NCBI RefSeq assembly: GCF_009914755.1
Contig: NC_060935.1
DNA from: the human T2T-CHM13v2.0 reference genome, Homo sapiens
DNA length: 64,000 nucleotides
Reading direction: 5' to 3' (one strand)
Shown: positions 13,260 through 26,699 of the stretch, piece after piece
Numbering within the stretch: position 1 is the first letter of the stretch
How the letters are laid out: each line of letters begins with the position of its first letter
Translations under genes and position numbers: made by a program
Notes under the pieces: generated by a model
The model's database searches: none
The model's input: the letters and a program-made list of their open reading frames with translations, nothing else
Told to the model about the DNA's origin: nothing

Positions 13260-14785
13260 CTAGGAGAATCAAAATTTTAAGCAAAATGGTTTTAGTTAAA
13301 TTTTAAACCAATTGTTATACCTAGAATTTAAATCCGAACTGTATGAAAAGGTAAAGTACTATTCATGCTCTGGCCAGTAATTTCCAAAAAAAGTACCATT
13401 TCTTTTTAAAAATCATTTAATTATCTTATGATTTGTTAAAGAGAGGTCTACAAAAAGTTAAGCAGCACAAAGACTGTGATTCAACTAACACAGGTGCAGT
13501 AACTTCAGAAAGCCAGATTCATAGCATAAGATTTTTAATGCTAGGCATCACACCATTATCATCACTTCTGTTAAAATACTGTTACTGCTGTCACTGAGAG
13601 TGATCAGATTCACTTATAAAAGATAATTTTAAATATTCATGTTTAGAAACAGTAACAGATTCCCTTAATATTACATTTGGTGAGTGCTTACCATGTGCCA
13701 GGCACTGTACTGAGCTCTTGACATATCTTATTTAATCATACAGAAAAGGGCCTAGGATGGGTTATTCTTAGTAAGTATAAAATTTGATGACAACTACACT
13801 TCTTTCAATAGATAGTAAAATATAATTATATCCACTAAAGAGCTAACTTTCTTCACTGTAAAAGAAAAACTACTGAGTTTAAACTCATATAAAATCATAA
13901 ATATAAAAATTACAATAGTTTTTAATAATATATTCAATGGAAGTTATATTCTTCAATCAAAAGAAATGCTGATATCTATGATAAAACATAGTTAAGAACT
14001 TCAGAGCAATGTTACTAACATATACTATAGAGCTTTAGGAATTTTTCTTTTGTATATTCACAACTGATCTTACATATCATGTATAAGCCATTTTGTAAAG
14101 CCATACCAAGACCTACATTTCTTTCTGTACAGAACCTAAAAGTTTGAAAACAGTTCAGATTCTATGCAGTAAAAAGTTATACTGTTATTTCTTAAATTTA
14201 GTAACTGTCAGCATTTTTTTTCTCTCATTAGCCAATATATATCTTTAGAGGAAAAAATTTAATTCCCCTCCTTTTATATGTGGTAGCAAGATGTGTTCAT
14301 TTCACCTTTTATCTGTTCTTTAACTCAATCTTTCAACAATATGTGAAAAAAAATGTATCATTGGGTATTGTTTTTAGGTACAAAAACACAAAAAGACAGA
14401 CCTTGCTTTCCAGAAGCTCAATGAGACAAAGAGGAGAACAATCATGATTAAATATAATAAGTGATATATCAGCAATAAGCCATGAGCACAGTTCAGAATG
14501 ACATTCAATTCAGGTTTTGGGGGGTATGTATTTGCATGGAGTGAGGGGAGGGAGATCAAGAATGACTTCCCAGACAAAACAGGAGACACTTAACCTCAGT
14601 TTTCAAGGATGAGTACTGTCACTTAAACAAAAATAGAAGATATTACAGGCTGAAATATAAAAGACTATGGAAAAACCTGGTGCTTTTCATTTTTTTAAAA
14701 ATTAAGGAAATGGTTAAGAACAGTCAAAGATGAGGCCAGAAAGTTAGCAAGAACCAAATAACAAACAACCACTTTAACTATTTAC

Positions 14786-14908
14786 CTCTAAGGTCAGTTC
14801 GTCAGGGGCCCGAGCAGTGTACCTCTTGATAACATGGGCAGCACCGACAGCAGGAGTGTTGATGGATGACTCCTCATGAACCAAAAGGTGATTTCCCTTA
14901 TTATCAAT
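14786..14908 (-). CDS. ARHGAP32: ARHGAP32 coding exon, 123 nt: IDNKGNHLLVHEESSINTPAVGAAHVIKRYTARAPDELTLE (linker and start of SH3)
   Basis: tctttgtgatag|ATTGAT...TTAGAG|gtaaat. Carries the SH3 start motif AHVIKRYTARAPDEL. Phase 0-0. Confidence 0.97.
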
Positions 14909-15725
14909 CTATCACAAAGAAAATGTACTATGAGATAAAGACACTGGACTTGCAAATGCTTCTTTGACTATCTATAAAAGAAATTCATTTTAATTTAGAG
15001 ATACAATAACCCAAAGAGTCTTAAAAAAAAAAAACTACCATTTACTGGGTAGTAAAAATATGCTAGTCATTGTGCTGTGCCTATAACATATACAGTTTAA
15101 TTTAATCCTCATAACTCCAAAAAAAAATACTTATCATCATTTAAAGGTGAGATGCTAAAGATGAAAGAGGCTATGTAATTTACAAGAGATTCAATACTTT
15201 TTCCAAGATCTCAACGCAGGTTGGCCCATAGTTCTATATTCTTTCCACTTTCCATCTTGCATTCCCAATTTCCAGTGGGAGGAGAAAACAATATAACTCT
15301 ACATATGCACATTAAGAATAAATATGTAATCTATTTACTGAATAATGTTTCACTCAATACTTACTCTTAAAAAGGACCCTTTAAAAAGTTGTCCCTTGCT
15401 AATAACTGAAAAATATTTTCAATTACTAAGTCAACTAAAAAAATGTACACCTTGCTGAATATATACATTAGTATACTAAACACCAAAATAACAGGTATCA
15501 TCGAGATTCATAAAATATATTAAGATTAGTTTCCAAGATTATCAAAGAAAGATTTGAGATGAAAAAATATTTCGTGTATCACGTATCTATCCTCCCAGAT
15601 GCTGAGAATATACTTCATTTCTTTGATTCCTGAAGCTCAATAGACATCAAAATTATGTTAATATCAAATTTCTTAAGTAGATAATTTAAATATACATTTT
15701 TCATGAAAAGTGAATTAGGAAATAC

Positions 15726-15818
15726 CTCCATCCAGGTAAGGGCGGGCCCACAGTTGATCTTGTTGCCAGCGATAGCTGAAAGGCGTGACAGGTAAGCCAT
15801 AAGCATCTGAGTGACCGA
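15726..15818 (-). CDS. ARHGAP32: ARHGAP32 coding exon, 93 nt: SVTQMLMAYLSRLSAIAGNKINCGPALTWME (PX domain, C-terminal part)
   Basis: tcttttcttttcag|TCGGTC...ATGGAG|gtattt. Overlaps ORF-track entry 15615..15806. Phase 0-0. Confidence 0.97.
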
Positions 15819-16129
15819 CTGAAAAGAAAAAGATCAGTGTAACTCTGAGTAAAGATACTATGCTCTCTGGCAGGGAAAACTGGATGGTTTCTGGAAGAAA
15901 AAAATCTATAGATCTTTAGGCATTTTAATAGTTACAGAGGACTCTTCACAGAAACTTACCAGTAGCACTATGGGCACTTACATAGCAAGTCAGCCCCTGT
16001 CTCATGCAGAGCTTCAACTTCTAGCCCCTTATCATCAGCGATCATACTATTCCATGGTTTCTAATTTTGACACTTTCTATTTTTGTACTGAATATGCAAA
16101 AAGATAACTATAGCAGATACATATTTGGC

Positions 16130-16600
16130 TTTTCTGCCTAAATTTCCCCCTACTACTCAGAAACCCTTTTCCCCAAGACCCACTGTAATCTTCCATGCAC
16201 ATGGCCTGTGGCAGGAGCAGCCATGTTCATACGTGATCCTATACCATGGTTCAGCCGATTGGTCCAGGAATATGCCCCAGTATTAGTTGGACCAATCAAG
16301 AGCTAACCCAGGAATTAGGAATTGTGACACAGATTCTAGCTCAGTCTGGCTGCTCTCTTAAAAGGGGATAAAAACCTGGGACCTCTTGGTAGTGGCCATG
16401 TTTTAGGATAATCTGAGAGAAAAAAATGAAACAGAAAAAAAATGAAATGAAGCAGAAATGGGAAATGCAGATAAAGGGACTTTCAGGTTTTCTATGGTAC
16501 AAAGAGATCCGTGTTTTAAGACACTCCTGAGACCCTGCTGCAGTGTCCGTTATATTTTAGCACTTAATGAACCCACTGAATCTCAGAACATCACTTTATT
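16130..16600. mobile_element. Degenerate ERVL-type LTR (LTR16/LTR33-like)
   Basis: ccgattggtccagg...gttggaccaatcaagagc and ggccatgtttt motifs typical of old ERVL LTRs. Family uncertain. Confidence 0.45.
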
Positions 16601-17615
16601 TAGATCTGGTAGGGGGAGTGGCTTACACCAATTTTTAATTATTTCCTTGCATCCACTCTCTCCTCCTGTAACTCCCATCAGTAGAAACCTCTCTGGACCT
16701 ATTCTCCATGACTCCCAACTGTTCTCTCACAACTTTTTAACTTTCCGTCCCTTCCAGGGGTTGTATTCTTATAAATGACTTGGCTTGATCATTCAACTCC
16801 CTGACTTTCTCTTCAGCTGGGTACATTCTGTATGGAGTCCAGTTACTCAGGTTTGCTCTTACTAAATTAATTTAAATGATCCTATATTCGTTTACAACAT
16901 CTCTGATTTTAGTTTATTTAAATCCATTTCATGAATGTGACAGCTTCACTTTCTCTCAGAGGATAGTAATCATCCTTCGAAAAGCCTTGTTTGTACCTCT
17001 CAGTTATTTTATTTATTCAGTTTCTATGTGTAAACTTTCTAGTTTCCTTGTGTTTTGCGGTCTTGTTGCACTTACATGTTTAGGCTATATTTACTTTTCC
17101 CCATAAACCTTATCCCATCTACTTTTTAAGATTCCTTACAATTTTTGATTCCCAATGGTACTTTTGGTTTAATGATGCTATAAAGAATCTCTGTTTAGAA
17201 ATCTTTTACGTTTTTACTATTTATTTTTTTGTAGGGGTGAAGGTAGGTGCATACACACAGCATGCTGTCATAAACTACTCAACACTGTTAATATGGATCC
17301 CTTTGATCATGAAAGGCAATGTTTTTCCATATTTTTGCTTCCACTTTTATGTGCTCTCTGGAGAATGTTTTGCTCATATATATTGCTTGTTGATATATTG
17401 TTATGAGTTGTTTTCCCTTATAAAATTACACACTGAACCTACTTTCATTCTAAACATTATATTTAACATTACTAACTTTTCAGTTATGAAACAGGCAAGT
17501 AGTCCCAGGAATCACCCTGCGTGTTCAGTATAAGCTTTTGTTTAGTATACAGACAAAAACTTCTGCAAACTCATATATAGTGATTACCTCTGTACTAAAT
17601 GTACTAAATGCTTAC

Positions 17616-17753
17616 CTCTGGACTGTCCTTCAGGGTGTCAGAACGGGGAAGTTCTGAGAGCTGGGAAAATCTTCGGTCATAAATACACAGATGAAGATGT
17701 TTATCAAGTACCCGAAAATCTTCATAACTTCTTTTAACAATCCAACTTTTTCC
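17616..17753 (-). CDS. ARHGAP32: ARHGAP32 coding exon, 138 nt: GKSWIVKRSYEDFRVLDKHLHLCIYDRRFSQLSELPRSDTLKDSPE (PX domain core)
   Basis: ttttctaccaatag|GGAAAA...CCAGAG|gtaagc. Contains the PX-type RSYEDF motif. Phase 0-0. Confidence 0.97.
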
Positions 17754-18878
17754 CTATTGGTAGAAAAAAGAAACTCATATAATTCACCTCTATTGGGAAA
17801 TACTTATGAATCAGGCCATATTCTATAATGTGATTTTATTCATGAGATTTTATATTTTCTAATGAGAAGTTTCTATTAACTTGATAGTTAATAGCTAAAA
17901 CTGTGAAACACTCTAATAAGTTATATTACATTAAAAGGCCAATAATTGAAAATAAGATAGAACTCTCCACCATCCCTCTTCCTACTGCTGGTCAAAATCC
18001 ACTGCCTCACTTTCAGAACAATAACTGCTAAATGGTTAAAATAACATGTGATTTTAAATCTACCAAAAAGAAAAAAACCATAGGTAGGAGAATATTAACT
18101 GAAATTAAAGAAAAATAAAATCAGGTTTTGATTTGTTACTACCAACATTTTCTGTGACTGAGATCGGAAATATACTAAAAAACCAAAACTACTGAAGTCT
18201 TCCTCTATAAATATTTGATATTCATACAGCATCTAGAAACCTCAGCTCTCCCTGCCTCTCAGGCCTTCCTTTCTTTGCCCAATCTCACAAGCTCATTTTT
18301 TAAAATTACACTCATAAAGGATATTTATTAGATACTATCTTCTAATCTTCTCTTGAATCTATCACTTCTTGTTCAGTCCTATAGCCCAAGCTTCAGTAAG
18401 AACCATCATCATTTCTTACCTGAAATATTGCTAATGTGCCTTGCCTTTGAACTCCTCCCCTGCACCCCCAACTACAAAATACAGAGTTTATCAGCTCACA
18501 CCGCAACAACAACAAGTCCTTCAAAAGCTCCTGTGGTGAGTAATGATGAGCAAATCCCGACTGTATAGCATATAGTTTTGCAATGTAATTTAATTTTTAT
18601 GTAGAGCCTTTTGGCTCATAAAAATCTGGAGGGTCTGAAAGAAAAAGCCTTCAGAGACACCAGTTCCTCCATCTGCCCCAGACAACTGGAGCAGAAACAG
18701 AGGGTATCACCTCATGAGAGGGTGCTGATTTCTAATCACTAGTGTCTCAAAAATTAACATGATAAACTTGCATAATCCCACTTTGGACTGTAATCCTCCA
18801 CGACATAGACAAAAAGTCATTACCAGCTCCCTCTTTCAGAGGGTTCTAAGAATGAAATAATAGATGTGGTCAAGACTT

Positions 18879-18914
18879 CTACACTTGACCTTGGCTGAAA
18901 GGCAGAGAAGCAAT
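18879..18914 (-). pseudogene. U2 snRNA 5' fragment (about nt 1-36), 3'-truncated retropseudogene
   Basis: Reverse complement ATTGCTTCTCTGCCTTTCAGCCAAGGTCAAGTGTAG versus U2 ATCGCTTCTCGGCCTTTTGGCTAAGATCAAGTGTAG matches 30/36. Degenerate flanking repeat gtggtcaagactt / gtgactgagactt. Confidence 0.85.
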
Positions 18915-21900
18915 GTGACTGAGACTTTTGAAGAACAGTGTCCTGGTCCCTATTCTAAGAGATGCTAATTCACTAAGTCTGGAAAGGGATCCAGTTAGTT
19001 CTGACGATCAGCCTGAATTGAGGGCCACTGGTCTACAGGATTAAACCCAAACTATCCCCACATTTCACAGCTTTTATCATCTGGGCCCTGTCTAAATTTC
19101 CAGACTGATCTTACTGGCTATTACTCCATGCCCTTTCTTGGCTTCCAGTTATATTGAATGATTTGCATGTATTCGATTCATGAGCTGAATGTTCCTTTCC
19201 TTGCCTTCATGATTCTGTAAGTGCTGTTTGTTCTTCCTGTCATGTTAGCTCTTTCTTTGATGCTTTGCTCAAGCAAACTCCTTTATTTTCTCAGTTCTAT
19301 CACTACCTTCTACCCAAAGCATTCCTGGGAACTGCCAAGTTATGATGTACAAGCATCATTTTATTTCAAATTTGCCAAAGTGGTAACACCAATTTATTCA
19401 CCCAACAGTAGCATATGAGTTCCCACTGCCCCCAAATCCTTGCAATTCTTGGCATCATCAGAATTTACAGCACTGCTAACCAGATAGAGTTGAAATGGTA
19501 TCTTCTTTTAATTTACATTCCCTTGATTATGAGTGAAGCTTAGCATCTTTTCATTTGTTATTAAGATTTCTTTTTGTATGAATTGCCTATTACTACCAAA
19601 ATCCTGTTCATTTTCTCTATTACAATGACTTTTATGTATTGACTTCTAGAAGATTTGTTTACTAATATATTGGAAAAATAATCTTCATAATTGACATGTA
19701 TTGTAAAACACTTTATCCAAGTCTGAGACTGTCCCCTCAATTTGCAGTATCTCATCAAAAAGAAGGAACATAAAACTTTATTTCCTTCTTTATGAATATA
19801 ATCACAGATTAGGTAGTTTGCTGAAATTTTCACACAGGTATGTGAAAGAACAAGTATGAAAATAAGTATCCAATAAAATAATTTAAATTTTCATCTGAAA
19901 GAGAAGGCCTTACAGCCATCACCCATAGTATTTCAAATTTATCCATTATATCTTCTGATTTGGGTGTGGCCTACAGTGTTTTTAGAAACTGCATTTGAAA
20001 ACATTTAGGTACAGCACAGCAAGCACAAGTTTGCCAATGTCATTACCACACCCAGCCATTTTCCTTAACTAACATTACCTATACAGATGCTGAATATATT
20101 TAGATTTACCAACTCCTGAAATAAATACACAGCTAATAGCTTGGCTCTAGGACCACAATGTCCCAATTGTGAATCCTGGTTATTTAAGAATTAAATCAAA
20201 TAAATCAATGTAAAGTGCTTAGTAGTAGGCAGATAGAAATTGCTCAATACATGCTAGCTATTACTCTCTATTAATTTGGAGAACTTACTCTGGGCTGAAC
20301 CTACCAAAAGTAGAAAACAAGGTTTCCAAACAAATTCTCAGGATATTTAGCAGAACAAGCAACCAGTCACCAATGTTCAACAACTCAAAAGACAAAAGAA
20401 CATTCTTAACAATTACTTTTTAGTGCATCAGGGTTTCAGTCAGCTAAAAGTTAATATATCTTTAGAGATCAAAGGTTGCTTTCCATATTGGCTGAATCAT
20501 CAGCTTCAGCTTTGGAGAATAAAATCTCAAATTCAACATTATTGTTTTGGAATAATTCAGCATGCCCTGGTGATCATTCACTTATGTTTTGTTTTTCTGC
20601 TCCTTTTCACGAGAAGATGTATTAGGCTTCAACTCCAAACATGTGTACAATTATTCCATGGTATTAAAGGTGAGGAGAGAAATGATCTGCAATTTGGTAG
20701 GCTCACATTTATTACTCCTTTGGAAGAAGTGGTCAAGATCACTGAAATGTAGTCCTGCATTTTTTGGTGCCTGGTGCTTGTAGAAGAGAAATTGGCTTTG
20801 CTTCTAATCCTTTTTCAGCCAACACTCTTTAGGAAATAGAGAGTGTTCTGGTGTATTATAAGGTAATCTTTGCTAGTTGGAATATCATTTTCCCTTGTCT
20901 TACATAATAGATTTCTAGAGCTACATAAGTGTGAAACAGAGGGAAGAAAGAAGAAAAAGAGAAAGAATGAGAACAGCAGCCAGTAATTGAGAATGCAAGA
21001 TCTGAATTTATACTACCCTAGGCTATGTGCTAATCACTTGACCATATATAACTATTCCACAGTTTCCTCATCTGTAAAATGGGGAGGCTAATAGTAACTG
21101 GGGTTGTCAGAAGAGTAAGTGAAATAATCCACGTAAGGTGCTTAACAGACTCCCTGGAAACCATTCATTAAATATTAGCTATCACTATTGGTATTTTTCT
21201 CACTGTTAAAGCTGTCTGGAATAAAAATAACTTTTGCATGCTATATTGCTCATGCATCTATCATGCATGGAGTATAGCAGGCAAATATTAGTTTGGTTAA
21301 ATTGTTAACATGCCCAGCCAGACACTAGAACAATGCCTCCACTAATAAAGACTGATTTTGAAAAAGGTGTTTAAACTTCCAAACTGACAGATTTGGGAGT
21401 TCTAAGATGACAGTACAATAATTGATAACAAGATTATAAATAACACATTTGTATTTAAGTTTATGTTGCAATGTCTTATACTTTCTTAGCATTAATTCCT
21501 AAAAATGTGACATTAGCAGAAACTGGGTTAAGGGTAAATAGGATATTTCTGTTCTATTTTTATAGCTTTTCTGTGAGTCTAAAATCGTTGTGAAATGAAA
21601 AGTTAAAATAAATACATACAAAATTCCTAAAAATTGACACGTTGTACCAATTTTTACTGCTTGGGTCTATTTCAAATGCATCCTCACAAATACTAAAAAT
21701 AATGACTTAAAAATTTTCCAGTAGGTGAAAAACTGTATCTTCTTTCATTTGCCTTTTATTGACTTAATGAAGCTAAACACAATTTCATATTTCTCAGTCA
21801 CTTTTATTTCTTCTTTTATAAAAAATTCATATTTTTGCCAACCTTTCTACTGAGTATATTGTATATTACTATAACATATCATCAAACTACAGTATAATTG

Positions 21901-22100
21901 TATGTTTAATCAAATTATTTGATGGAACTATTAGCCTTTTGAGAGCTGTAACCTACTTAGGCCTTTGAGAGCTGTAACACTCAGTGAGTTACAATCAAGA
22001 AAATTCCTTGAATGTATACTGATGTTATTTATTAAATGGTTTATTACACAATATTGAACTTTCTGCTTAAAAGATCTCAAAGAGAAATTAGTTAGTCTTG

Positions 22101-23053
22101 AATGGGATTATATCAAACTAAAAAGCTTCTGCACAGCAAAGAAAATGATTATCAGGGCAAAGAAAACCTCCACAGATTGGGAAAAAATACATCTTATAAG
22201 GGGTTAATATCTGAAATATATTTTAAAAATTCAAAGAACTCTACAGAAAAAAAAAATAACCCAATTAACCAATGGGCAAAAGCACTGAACAGACATTTCT
22301 CAAAAGATAACATACAAATGGTCAACAGATATTATGAAAAAATGCTCAATATCACTAGTCATTAGGCAAGTGCAAATTAATACCACAATGAGATATCATC
22401 TTGCATCCGTCAAAATGGCTATTATCAAAAAGGCAAAAGATGGTGTCGGCAAAGCTGTAGAGAAAAGGAAACAAGGGACTCCCCATACACTTTTATTGGA
22501 AATATAAATTGGTACAGCCATTTTGGAAAACTATATGGAGGTTCCTCAAAAAACTAAAAATAGAATTACCATATGACTCAATAATCCCACATCTAGATAT
22601 ATATCCTAAGAACTTGAAATCAGTATATCAAGAAGATATCTGCTCTCCTTGGTTCACTATAGCCTTATTTACAATAGCCAAGTTATGGAATCAACTTAAG
22701 TGTCCATCACTGGATCAGTAGATAAAAACAAATGTGGTATACGTACACAATGGAATACTATTCAGCCTTAAAGGAAATCCTGTCATTTGCAACAACACTG
22801 ATAAATCTGGAGGACATTATGCGCAATAAAATAAGCCTGGCAAAAAAAGACAAACATCACATGGTCTCACATGTAGAATCTGAATCAACTGAATTCATAG
22901 AAGCAGAGTTGAATGGTGATTAACATGAGCTGAGGATAGGGAAAGTGAAGAGATGTTGGTCAATGGGTACAAAGTTGTAGTTAGGAGGAATAAGTAATAA
23001 GTAGTTAAGGTAGAAAAAATAAATAACTTCAGAATATGAATCACTAAAAAAAG
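22101..23053 (+). mobile_element. L1MA-class 3' fragment
   Basis: ORF2 C-terminal remnants (ORFs 22102..22365, 22509..22721, 22732..22923) and the 3'UTR motif gagatgttggtcaatgggtacaaagttg. Confidence 0.85.
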
Positions 23054-25308
23054 AAATGTGTTGGTCTCATTTGCTTCAGGCATTCTTCCCACAGAGGTAT
23101 TTAAAATATATTTTTAAAAGAGGTATTAAAATATTTTTTGTTATACGCTTTTTATTTGTTCTGCCAGCTCAACTTCTAGTTCATTTGGTTTTGTGTTACC
23201 AAGTACCACATGGAAATGACAGGCCATACAAAAATACATTCATGATACAGTTCCATTTCAGAAGTGATCAATGTCCGTCTAGTTACAAAGTAATCACTGG
23301 ACTTCTGGTTACTGGTCTGCTATGTAAGGAGCTCAGAAGTCATTGGTTAACAAGTAAAAAGCTGAACAAAGTGAAAATCAACAGATCTTTCTTAAATCTG
23401 TTACAGAAGTGGGGTCACGGAACAAATCACTATCCCCCTCCCAAATTAGAGGCAGACAGGTAAATACAGAGAATTGCACTTACCCACAGCAGAAATCCAC
23501 ACGCAGAAACCTCTGTGGGAACCAGTGCTAGGGTAGGAAAACTTAATCTATAATTGATAAATTGCTAGAGGCTCAGGGATGACAAGTCTGAGCAATAAAA
23601 ACTCCCAGAGAACCCCGTCACGGGAGCCACACACTTTTGTGAGCTCTACTAGGTCCTCACAGTAAATATCTGAAAAAAATCTCCTTGTGCTCTTAAGAGG
23701 GACAGGAGAAAATAAACTTCTGAAACACACCCAAACACTATGTTTTCAACAAAGTCTGCCCTCAGGAAAAACTCTTACCACAGCCTCATTTTCTGGAGTA
23801 AGAAGAAAATACAGCTCCAGCTTCTTCAAGCTTTCCACTGGGGAGAAGAGGAATACCAAACTCCAGCCCACTCCAGTCATCGTGTCCTACCTAAAGGTGC
23901 AGGATGGAGGGCTGTGAACTGAGATTCACGTGTGAAGTTCACAGTTCAGAGGCACAGGCTCACAAAAAGACTGAGACCTAATCACAGGATTATGGAATGC
24001 TTCCCCCTACACACACACCTTACCATCACATTACTAACGGGCTATTTAACATACTTCTTTGACCCACCTTATGTCCACCTTCAACAAAAAATCACAACGT
24101 GAACTAAAAGGAAAAAAACACCGTTTAAAAAGACTGAAGACACATCAGAAAAAGAGTCAAAGATGGCAGGAATGTTGGAATTATCAGACCAATAATTTAA
24201 AAGAACATGATTAATCTGCTAAAAGCTTTAAGGAAAAAGTAGACAATATGCAAGAACAGATGTAAGCAGAGAATTGGAAATTATAACAAAGAATAAAAAA
24301 ATGCTAGAGATCAAAAGCAGAAATGATGAATGTCTTTGATGGATTCATTAGTTGACTGGACACAGCTGAGGAAAGAATTGGAGCTTGAGGGTATCACAAT
24401 AGAAACAACCAAAACTGAAATGCAAAGAGAGAAAAGACTAAAGAAAAGGAACAGAACATCTAGAAATTGTGGGAAAACTATAAAAGGTATGATACATACA
24501 TACTGAAAATACCAGAAGGAGAAGAAATGGAGAAAGGAGCAAAACCAATATTTCTAGCAATAATGACCGAGACACCAAATCACCAGTCCTGGAAGCTCAG
24601 AGAACATAAAGCAGGATAAATTGCATCACCCTCCTCAAAAAAAAAACAAACAAAAAACAACAACAACAAAAAACCTTCAGCAAATCCAAGATAAAGAAAA
24701 TATCTTGAAAGAAGCTGGGAGTTTGCGGGGGAAACACCTTACCTATAGAGGGTCAAAATCGGAATTATATAACATATTCTCAGAAACCACAGAAGCAAGA
24801 AGAGAGTAGAGTAAATGTTTTAAGTATTAACAAAATAACCCCTACCCAGCAACCTAGAATTCCATACTCTGCAAAATTATCCCTCAAAAATGAAAGAGAA
24901 ATAAAGCTTGTCAAACAAAAATTGAGAAAATTTGTGGCCAGCAGACCTGCTCTGTAAGAAATGTAAAAGAAGTTCTTTAAAGAAAAAGAAAATGACACAG
25001 ATCAGAAACCTGTAGCTACATAAAGAATGGAAAAGTAATGGAGAAGAATAAGTGAATGTAAAATACAACTTTGGTTCCTTATTCTTAATTGATACAACAG
25101 ATAACAGTTTGTTCAAATAATAGCAACAACAATGTACTTGACTATGTGTGTTTTACATATATATATGTGTATGGAGGTATGTGTATATGTATATACTTAT
25201 GTATGATTTCTATATGTAAAATGAATGATAGTAATAATACAAAGGATAGAGAGGAATTACAAATAATTTTTATTACAAGGCACCTGCACAATCCATGACG
25301 CAGTATAA

Positions 25309-25675
<367 letters not shown>

Positions 25676-25761
25676 TAAAAAAATTTTTTTTAATGTAATT
25701 GATATTCTAAGAAAGGAGACAAAATGGAAACATATAAAATGCTCAATTAAAAACAAAAAAA

Positions 25762-25947
25762 GAGAATTGATCATAAGTGTTCTCACCACACATGCAAAAA
25801 AAGGTAACTGTGAGGTGATGGATATGTAACTTAGCTGCAGTCATCATCGCACAACGCATACACATATCAAAATATCACATTCTACACCTTAAATATATGT
25901 AATTTTTATTTGACAATTATATATATCACAATAAAGTTGGAAAAAAA
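25762..25947 (+). mobile_element. L1MA/MB 3' tip inserted in the L1MC
   Basis: gttctcaccacaca...gtgaggtgatggatatg...tacaccttaaatatatg...aataaagttggaaaaaaa. Confidence 0.75.
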
Positions 25948-26699
25948 CACACAAAAAGGAGACAAAGTATGGAAAACAAAAATAGGAACAAAGAACAAGG
26001 GCAATAAACAGCAACAATGACAGGCAGATATTAATCCAACTACATCAATAATCACTTTAAACATCAGTGGTCTAACATACCAATTAAAAGACAAACTGTC
26101 AGAGTGGATCAAATACAGGACCCAACTGTCTAAAAGAAATCAACTTTAAATATAAGATAGATTAAAATAAAATGATAAAGAGATGCCATACTAATTTTTT
26201 AATTAAAAAAGCAAAAATAGCTATATTTACTTCAGTCAGAGCAGACTTCAGAGCAAAGAAAGTTATGAGGGATAAATGGGGCACTCAGTAATGTCAAATG
26301 GATCAATACTCCAAGAAGACATAAAACAATCTTTAATATTTATGTGCTTAAAAACAGACTATGAAAGTACTGTGAGGCAAATACTGATTAAATTACAAGG
26401 AGAAATAATTACAGTTGTAATTATTTAACACCCTCTATAAGAAATTATTTAACACCCCCCTATTAGAAATGAATAGATCCAGTAGGCAGAAAATCAATAA
26501 GAAAATAGTTGACTTAACAGTACCATCAATCAACTGGATATAATTGATATTGATAGAATACCTTAACAACAACGGATTACACATGCTTCTGAGGCTCATA
26601 TGGAACAGTCACTGTATCTTGGGGACCACATTCTGGGGCATAAAACATACCATAACAAGTTTTTAAAAAACAGAATTCATAATATGTCTGCTCACAGAG

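Noticed and set aside
15615-15806. 63-aa ORF MLMAYLSRL...ESKK as a standalone gene
   Set aside because: It is the 93-nt ARHGAP32 exon read through its gtattt donor into intron.
20423-20783. 109-aa and 64-aa plus-strand ORFs in unique sequence
   Set aside because: Non-ATG starts, antisense to the gene, and no recognisable domain or exon structure.
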